Below are positions 54,901 through 64,000 of a stretch of DNA of 64,000 bases, piece after piece. A program made the translations under genes and the position numbers. Source of the DNA: Eledone cirrhosa (Eukaryota); the NCBI GenBank assembly GCA_964016885.1, contig OZ024740.1, positions 24,428,001 through 24,492,000 on the forward strand. Reading direction: 5' to 3'. The stretch's first letter is position 1; each line of letters begins with the position of its first letter. The notes beneath the pieces are model-generated. The model ran no database searches and was not told where the DNA came from. It saw only the letters and a program-made list of their open reading frames with translations.

Positions 54901-57900
54901 CCTAGAGAGCTAGTGATGCAGAGACATATAGATAAATAGGACAGAAGGAAAGTAGAGAGCTAGAGATGGAGAGACATCTAGATTAAAATTACAGAATGAA
55001 ACTAGAGAGTTAGAGATGGAGAGACATATAGAAAATTGGACAGAAGGAAACTAGAGAGCTAGAGATGGAGAGACATATAGAAAATTGGACAGAAGGATAC
55101 TAGAGAGCTAATGATGCAGAGACATATAGATAAATAGGACAGAAGGAAACTGAAGTGTTAGAGATGGAGAGAGATATAGATAAATAGGACAGAAGGAAAC
55201 TAGAGAGTTAGAGATGGAGAGACATACAGATAAATATTACAGAAGGAAACTAGAGAGCTAATGATGCAGAGACATATAGATAAATAGGACAGGAGGAAAC
55301 TAGAGAGGTAGAGATGGAGCCACATATAGATAAATACACAGAAAGAAACTAGAGAGTTAGAGATGGAGAGACATATAGATATATAGGACAGAAGGTAATT
55401 AGAGTTCTAGAGATGCAGACATATAGATAAATAGGACAAGAGGAAACTAGAGAGGTAGATATGTAGAGACATATAGATAAATAGGACAGAAGGAAACTGG
55501 AGAGTTAGAGATGGAGAGACATATAGATAAATAGGACAGTAGGAAACTAGAGAGTTAGAGATGGAGAGACACATAGAAAAATAGGACAGAAGGAAACTAG
55601 AGAGTTAGAAATGGAGAGACATATAGATAAATAGGACAGAAGGAAAGTAGAGAGCTAGAGATGGAGAGACATATAGATAAATAGTACAGAAGGAAACTAG
55701 AGAGTGAGAGATGGAGAAACATATAGGAAATAGGACAGAAGGAAACTAGAGCGTTAGAGATGGAGAGACATATAGATAAATAGGTCAAGAGGAAACTAGA
55801 GAGGTAGAGATGGAGAGACATATAGATAAATAGGACAGAACAAAACTAGAGAGTTAGAGATGGAGAGACATATAGATAATTAGGACAGAAGGATACTAGA
55901 GAGTTAGAGATGGAAAGACATATAGATAAATAGGACAGAAGGAAACTAGAAAGTTAGAGATGGAGAGACATATAGAAAAATAGGACATAAGGAAACTAGA
56001 GAGTTTGAGATGGAGAGACATATAGGTAAATAGGTCAGAAGAAAACTAGAGAGTTAGAGATGGAGTGACATATAGATAAATAGGACAGGAGGAAACTACA
56101 GAGCTAGAGGTGCAGAGACATATAGATAAATAGGACAGGAGGAAACTATAGAGGTAGAGATGGAGCGACATCTAGATAAATAACACAGAAGGAAACTAGA
56201 GAGATAGAGATGGAGAGACATATAGATACATAGGACAGAAGGAAACTAGAGATCTAGAAATGCAGACATATAGATAAATAGGTCAAGAGGAAACTAGAGA
56301 GGTAGAGATGGAGAGACATATAGATAAATAGGACAGAAGGAAACTAGAGAGCTAGAGATGGAGAGATATATAGAAAAATAGGACATAAGGAAACTAGAGA
56401 GTTTGAGATGGAGAGACATATAGGTAAATAGGTCAGAAGGAAACTAGAGAGTTAGAGATGGAGAGACATCTAGATAAATAGTACAGAAGGAAACTAAAGA
56501 GTTAGAGATGGAGAGACATAGAGAAAAATAGGACAGAAAGAAACTAGAGCGTTAGAGATGGAGAGACATATAGATAAATAGGACAGAAGGAAACTAAAGT
56601 GTTAGAGATGGAGAGACATATAGATAAATAGGACAGAAGGAAACTAGCGAGCTAGAGATGCTGAGACATATAGATAAATAGGACAGAAGGAAACTAGAGC
56701 GTTAGAGATGGAGAGACATATAGATAAATAGGACAGAAGGAAACTAGAGAGCTAGCGATATAAAGACACATAGATAAATAGGACAGAATGAAACTAGAGA
56801 GTTAGAGATGTAGAGACATATAGATAAATAGGACAGAAGGAAACTAGAGAGCTAGAGATGCAGAGACATATAGATAAATAGGACAGGAGGAAACTAGAGA
56901 GGTAGAGATGGAAAGACATATAGATAAATAGGACAGAAGGAAACGAGAGAGCTAGAGATGTAGAGACATATAGATGAATTGGACAGAAGAAAACTAGAGA
57001 GTTAGAGATGGAGAGTCATATAGATATATAGGACAGAAGCAAACTAGAGAGCTGGAGATGCAGGGTCATATAGATAAATAGGACAGTAGGAAACTAGAGA
57101 GGTAGAGTTCGAGAGACATATAGATAAATAGGACAGAAGGAAACTAGAGAGTTAGAGAGGGAGAGACATATTTATAAATAAGACAGAAGGAAACTAGAGA
57201 GTTAGAGATGGAAAGACACATAGATAAATCGGACAGAAGGAAACTAGAGAGATAGAGATTCAGAGACATATAGATAAATAGGACAGAAGGAAACTAGAGA
57301 GGTAGAGATGGAGCGACATATAGATAAATAATACAGAAGGAAACGAGAGAGATAGAGATGGAGAGACATATAGATAAATAGGACAGAAGGAAACTAGAGA
57401 GTTAGAGATGGAGAGACATATAGATAAATAGGACAGAAGGAAACTAGAGAGCTAGAGATATAGAGACATATAGATAAATAGGACAGAAGGAAACTAGAGA
57501 GCTAGAGATGCAGAGACATATAGATAAATAGGTCAGAAGGAAACTAGAGAGTTAGAAATGGAGTGACATATAGATAAATAGGACAGAAGGAAACTACAGA
57601 GCTAGAGGGGCAGAGACATATAGATAAATAGGACAGAAGGAAACTAGAGAGTTAGAGATGTAGAGACATATAGATAAATAGGACAGAATGAAACTAGAGA
57701 GTTAGAGATGGAGAGACATATAGATAAATAGGACAGAAGGAAACTAGAGAGTTACAGATTGAGAGATATATAGATAAATAGGACAGTAGGAAACTAGAGA
57801 GCTAGAGATGGAGAGACATATAGATAAATAGGACAGAAGGAAACTAGAGAGTTAGAGATGGAGATACATATAGATAAATAGGACAGAAGGAAACTAGAGA

Positions 57901-58400
57901 GTTAGAGATGGAGAGACATATAGATAAATAGGACAGAAGGAAACTAGAGAGGTAGAGATGGAGCGACATATAGATAAATAAGACAGAAGGAAACTAGAGA
58001 GCTAGAGATGGAGAGACATATAGATAAATAGGACAGAAGGAAATTAGAGAGGTAGAGATGGAGCGACATATAGATAAATAAGACAGAAGGAAACTAGAGA
58101 GCTAGAGATGGAGAGACATATAGATAAATAGGACAGAAGGAAACTAGAGAGGTAGAGATGGAGCGACATATAGATAAATAAGACAGAAGGAAACTAGAGA
58201 GCTAGAGATGGAGAGACATATAGATAAATAGGACAGAAGGAAACTAGAGAGTTAGAGATGGAGAGACATATAGATAAATAGGACAGAAGGAAACTAGAGA
58301 GGTAGAGATGGAGCGACATATAGATAAATAAGACAGAAGGAAACTAGAGGGTTAGAGATGGAGAGACATATAGATAAATAGGACAGAAGGAAACTAGAGA
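27030..58400. repeat. Nested higher-order repeats: 5885/4789-bp units and a ~10.1-10.8 kb duplication
   Basis: Marker aacgctag at 29921, 34710, 40595 and 50667. Identical spurious ORFs at 27474, 33359, 38148 and 48220, and at 43832/54553 and 44876/55597 (+10721). Confidence 0.9.
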
Positions 58401-61400
58401 GGTAGAGATGGAGCGACATATAGATATATAGGACAGAAGGAAACTAGAGATCTAGAGATGCAGACATATAGATAAATAGGACAAGAGGAAACCGGAGAGC
58501 TAGAGATGGATGAGACATATAGAAAAATAGGACAGAAGGAAACTAGAGAGCTAGAGATGCAAAGACATATAGATAAATAGGACAGAAGGAAACTAGAGAG
58601 TTAGAGAAGGAGAGACATATAGATAAATAGAACAGAAGGACAATAGAGAGTGAGAAATAGAGAGACATATAATTAAATAGGACAGAAGGAAAGGAGAGAG
58701 CTAGAGATGGAGAAACATCTAGATAAATAGTACAGAAGGAAACTAGAGAGTTAGAGATGGAGATACATATAGATAAATAGGACAGAAGGAAACTAGAGAG
58801 TTAGAGAAGGAGAGACATATAGATAAATAGGACAGAAGGAAACTAGAGAGTTTGAGATGGAGACACATATAGATACAGAGGACAGAATGACACTAGAGAG
58901 CTAGAGATGGAGAGACATATAGAAAAATAGGACAGAAGGAAACTAGACAGATAGAGAGGGATAGACATATAGATAAATAGGACAGAAGGAAACTAGAGAG
59001 GTAGAGATGTAGAGACATATAGATAAATAGGACAGAAGGAAAGTAGAGAGCTAGAGATGGAGAGACATCTAGATAAATATTACAGAAGGAAACTAGAGAG
59101 TTAGAGATGGAGAGACATATAGATAAATAGGACAGAAGGAAACTAGAGAGCTAGTGATGCAGAGACATATAGATAAATAGGACAGGAGGAAACTAGAGAG
59201 GTAGAGATGGAGCCACATATAGATTAATAACACAGAAAGAAACTAGAGAGTTAGAGATGGAGAGTCATATAGATATATAGGACAGAAGGTAATTAGAGAT
59301 CTAGAGATGCAGCCATATAGATAAATAGGACAAGAGGAAACTAGAGAGGTAGAGATGTAGAGACATATAGATAAATAGGACAGAAGGAAACTAGAGAGTT
59401 AGAGATGGAGAGACATCTAGATAAATAGTACAGAAGGAAACTAGACAGATAGAGAGGGATAGACATATAGATAAATAGGACAGAAGTAAAGTAGAGAGCT
59501 AGAGATGGAGAGACATCTAGATAAATAGTACAGAAGGAAACTAGAGAATTAGAGAGGGAGAGACATATAGAACATAGGACAGAAGGAACCTAGAGAGCTA
59601 GTGATGCAGAGACATATAGATAAATAGGACAGAAGGAAAGTAGAGAGCTAGAGATGGAGAGACATCTAGATAAATATTACAGAAGGAAACTAGAGAGTTA
59701 GAGATGGAGAGACATATAGATAAATAGGACAGAAGGAAACTAGAGAGCTAGTGATGCAGAGACATATAGATAAATAGGACAGGAGGAAACTAGAGAGGTA
59801 GAGATGGAGAGACATATAGAAAATTGGACAGAAGGAATCTAGAGAGCTAGAGATGGAGAGACATATAGAAAATTGGACAGAAGGATACTAGAGAGCTAAT
59901 GATGCAGAGACATATAGATAAATAGGACAGAAGGAAACTGAAGTGTTAGAGATGGAGAGAGATATAGATAAATAGGACAGAAGGAAACTAGAGAGTTAGA
60001 GATGGAGAGACATACAGATAAATATTACAGAAGGAAACTAGAGAGCTAATGATGCAGAGACATATAGATGAATAGGACAGGAGGAAACTAGAGAGGTAGA
60101 GATGGAGCCACATATAGATAAATATAGAGAAAGAAACTAGAGAGTTAGAGATGGAGAGACATATAGATATATAGGACAGAAGGTAATTAGAGTTCTAGAG
60201 TTGCAGACATATAGATAAATAGGACAAGAGGAAACTAGAGAGGTAGATATGTAGAGACACATAGATAAATAGGACAGAAGGAAACTGGAGAGTTAGAGAT
60301 GGAGAGACATATAGATAAATAGGACGGTAGGAAACTAGAGAGTTAGAGATGGAGAGACACATAGAAAAATAGGACAGAAGGAAACTAGAGAGTTAGAAAT
60401 GGAGAGACATATAGATAAATAGAACAGAAGGAAAGTAGAGAGCTAGAGATGGAGAGACATATAGATAAATAGTACAGAAGGAAACTAGAGAGTGAGAGAT
60501 GGAGAAACATATAGGAAATAGGACAGAAGGAAACTAGAGCGTTAGAGATGGAGAGACATATAGATAAATAGGTCAAGAGGAAACTAGAGAGGTAGAGATG
60601 GAGAGACATATAGATAAATAGGACAGAACAAAACTAGAGAGTTAGAGATGGAGAGACATATAGATAATTAGGACAGAAGGATACTAGAGAGTTAGAGATG
60701 GAAAGACATATAGATAAATAGGACAGAAGGAAACTAGAAAGTTAGAGATGGAGAGACATATAGAAAAATAGGACATAAGGAAACTAGAGAGTTTGAGATG
60801 GAGCGACATATAGGTAAATAGGTCAGAAGAAAACTAGAGAGTTAGAGATGGAGTGACATATAGATAAATAGGACAGGAGGAAACTACAGAGCTAGAGGTG
60901 CAGAGACATATAGATAAATAGGACAGGAGGAAACTATAGAGGTAGAGATGGAGCGACATCTAGATAAATAACACAGAAGGAAACTAGAGAGATAGAGATG
61001 GAGAGACATATAGATACATAGGACAGAAGGAAACTAGAGATCTAGAAATGCAGACATATAGATAAATAGGTCAAGAGGAAACTAGAGAGGTAGAGATGGA
61101 GAGACATATAGATAAATAGGACAGAAGGAAACTAGAGAGCTAGAGATGGAGAGATATATAGAAAAATAGGACATAAGGAAACTAGAGAGTTTGAGATGGA
61201 GAGACATATAGGTAAATAGGTCAGAAGGAAACTAGAGAGTTAGAGATGGAGAGACATCTAGATAAATAGTACAGAAGGAAACTAGAGAGTTAGAGATGGA
61301 GAGACATAGAGAAAAATAGGACAGAAAGAAACTAGAGCGTTAGAGATGGAGAGACATATAGATAAATAGGACAGAAGGAAACTAAAGTGTTAGAGATCGA

Positions 61401-64000
61401 GAGACATATAGATAAATAGGACAGAAGGAAACTAGCGAGCTAGAGATGCTGAGACATATAGATAAATAGGACAGAAGGAAACTAGAGCGTTAGAGATGGA
61501 GAGACATATAGATAAATAGGACAGAAGGAAACTAGAGAGCTAGAGATATAAAGACACATAGATAAATGGGACAGAATGAAACTAGAGAGTTAGAGATGTA
61601 GAGACATATAGATAAATAGGACAGAAGGAAACTAGAGAGCTAGAGATGCAGAGACATATAGATAAATAGGACAGGGGGAAACTAGAGAGGTAGAGATGGA
61701 AAGACATATAGATAAATAGGACAGAAGGAAACGAGAGAGCTAGAGATGTAGAGACATATAGATGAATTGGACAGAAGCAAACTAGAGAGCTGGAGATGCA
61801 GGGTCATATAGATAAATAGGACAGTAGGAAACTAGAGAGGTAGAGTTCGAGAGACATATAGATAAATAGGACAGAAGGAAAGTAGAGAGTTAGAGAGGGA
61901 GAGACATATTTATAAATAAGACAGAAGGAAACTAGAGAGTTAGAGATGGAAAGACACATAGATAAATCGGACAGAAGGAAACTAGAGAGATAGAGATTCA
62001 GAGACATATAGATAAATAGGACAGAAGGAAACTAGAGAGGTAGAGATGGAGCGACATATAGATAAATAATACAGAAGGAAACGAGAGAGATAGAGATGGA
62101 GAGACATATAGATAAATAGGACAGAAGGAAACTAGAGAGTGAGAGATGGAGAGACATATAGATAAATAGGACAGAAGGAAACTAGAGAGCTAGAGATATA
62201 GAGACATATAGATAAATAGGACAGAAGGAAACTAGAGAGCTAGAGATGCAGAGACATATAGATAAATAGGTCAGAAGGAAACTAGAGAGTTAGAAATGGA
62301 GTGACATATAGATAAATAGGACAGAAGGAAACTACAGAGCTAGAGGGGCAGAGACATATAGATAAATAGGACAGAAGGAAACTAGAGAGTTAGAGATGTA
62401 GAGACATATAGATAAATAGGACAGAATGAAACTAGAGAGTTAGAGGTGGAGAGACATATAGATAAATAGGACAGAAGGAAACTAGAGAGTTACAGATTGA
62501 GAGATATATAGATAAATAGGACAGTAGGAAACTAGAGAGCTAGAGATGGAGAGACATATAGATAAATAGGACAGAAGGAAACTAGAGAGTTAGAGATGGA
62601 GATACATATAGATAAATAGGACAGAAGGAAACTAGAGAGTTAGAGATGGAGAGACATATAGATAAATAGGACAGAAGGAAACTAGAGAGGTAGAGATGGA
62701 GCGACATATAGATAAATAAGACAGAAGGAAACTAGAGAGCTAGAGATGGAGAGACATATAGATAAATAGGACAGAAGGAAATTAGAGAGGTAGAGATGGA
62801 GCGACATATAGATAAATAAGACAGAAGGAAACTAGAGAGCTAGAGATGGAGAGACATATAGATAAATAGGACAGAAGGAAACTAGAGAGGTAGAGATGGA
62901 GCGACATATAGATAAATAAGACAGAAGGAAACTAGAGAGCTAGAGATGGAGAGACATATAGATAAATAGGACAGAAGGAAACTAGAGAGTTAGAGAGGGA
63001 GAGACATATAGATAAATAGGACAGAAGGAAACTAGAGAGGTAGAGATGGAGCGACATATAGATAAATAAGACAGAAGGAAACTATAGAGTTAGAGATGGA
63101 GAGACATAGATATAAATAGGACAGAAGGAAATTAGAGAGTTAGAGATGGAGAGATATATAGATAAATAGGACAGAAGGAAACTAGAGAGCTAGAGATGGA
63201 GAGACATACAGATAAATAGGACAGAAGGAAACTAGAGATCTAGAGATGCAGACATATAGATAAATAGGACAAGAGGAAACCAGAGAGCTAGAGATGGAGC
63301 GACATATAGATAAATAAGACAGAAGGAAACTAGAGGGTTAGAGATGGAGAGACATATAGATAAATAGGACAGAAGGAAACTAGAGAGGTAGAGATGGAGC
63401 GACATATAGATATATAGGACAGAAGGAAACTAGAGATCTAGAGATGCAGACATATAGATAAATAGGACAGAAGGACAATAGAGAGTGAGAAATAGAGAGA
63501 CATATAATTAAATAGGACAGAAGGAAAGGAGAGAGCTAGAGATGGAGAAACATCTAGATAAATAGTACAGAAGGAAACTAGAGAGTTAGAGATGGAGATA
63601 CATATAGATAAATAGGACAGAAGGAAACTAGAGAGTTAGAGAAGGAGAGACATATAGATAAATAGGACAGAAGGAAACTAGAGAGTTTGAGATGGAGACA
63701 CATATATATACAGAGGACAGAATGACACTAGAGAGCTAAAGATGGAGAGACATATAGAAAAATAGGACAGAAGGAAACTAGACAGATAGAGAGGGATAGA
63801 CATATAGATAAATAGGACAGAAGGAAACTAGAGAGGTAGAGATGTAGAGACATATAGATAAATAGGACAGAAGGAAAGTAGAGAGCTAGAGATGGAGAGA
63901 CATCTAGATAAATATTACAGAAGGAAACTAGAGAGTTAGAGATGGAGAGACATATAGATAAATAGGACAGAAGGAAACTAGAGAGCTAGTGATGCAGAGA
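54700..64000. repeat. Higher-order tandem duplication, ~4.74-4.84 kb x2
   Basis: aacaaaac at 55839/60627 (+4788), ctagaggggc at 57602/62340 (+4738), caatagagagtgag at 58641/63476 (+4835). Confidence 0.85.

Larger units (their letters stand above)
6229..64000. repeat. 50-bp tandem satellite array, ~1,150 head-to-tail monomers, runs off the window end
   Basis: Consensus GATGGAGAGACATATAGATAAATAGGACAGAAGGAAACTAGAGAG(T/C/G/A)TAGA. The T form is 24 A, 15 G, 8 T, 3 C (78% purine, 36% GC). I saw a single orientation throughout and no foreign insertion. Confidence 0.99.

Noticed and set aside
7800-62007. Minus-strand ORFs in the satellite (MSLHLYLSSFLL..., MTNSLVSFC...)
   Set aside because: Chance stop-free runs through the 50-bp repeat. 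Their identical recurrence only marks the duplications.
6229-64000. CRISPR-like repeat array
   Set aside because: Monomers are contiguous with no unique spacers, there are no cas genes, and the context is eukaryotic.

Overview
Eukaryotic, repeat-only window; I found no supportable host gene. The SINE sequences and microsatellite density resemble what I recall of octopus/cephalopod genomes, which is inference and unchecked. 1-6.2 kb is an AT-rich mosaic of microsatellites and retroelements. It holds a 5'-truncated Penelope-like element (PLE) on the minus strand (~2175-3920), with RT YVDD, a C-terminal GIY-YIG endonuclease, a structurally intact minimal hammerhead ribozyme (HHR) at 2395-2439 and (TA)n at both ends. 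It also holds several decayed HHR-like pLTR relics and a tRNA-derived SINE interrupted by a second SINE in the opposite orientation. From ~6229 to the window end is one purine-rich 50-bp tandem satellite (>57.7 kb, ~1,150 monomers). Its rare monomer variants reveal two subfamily domains and nested multi-kb duplications (offsets 3570/3486, 2643, 5885/4789, 10072-10771 and 4738-4835 bp). All ORFs other than the PLE ORF, and possibly a short PLE-tail frame, are repeat artefacts or unsupported.
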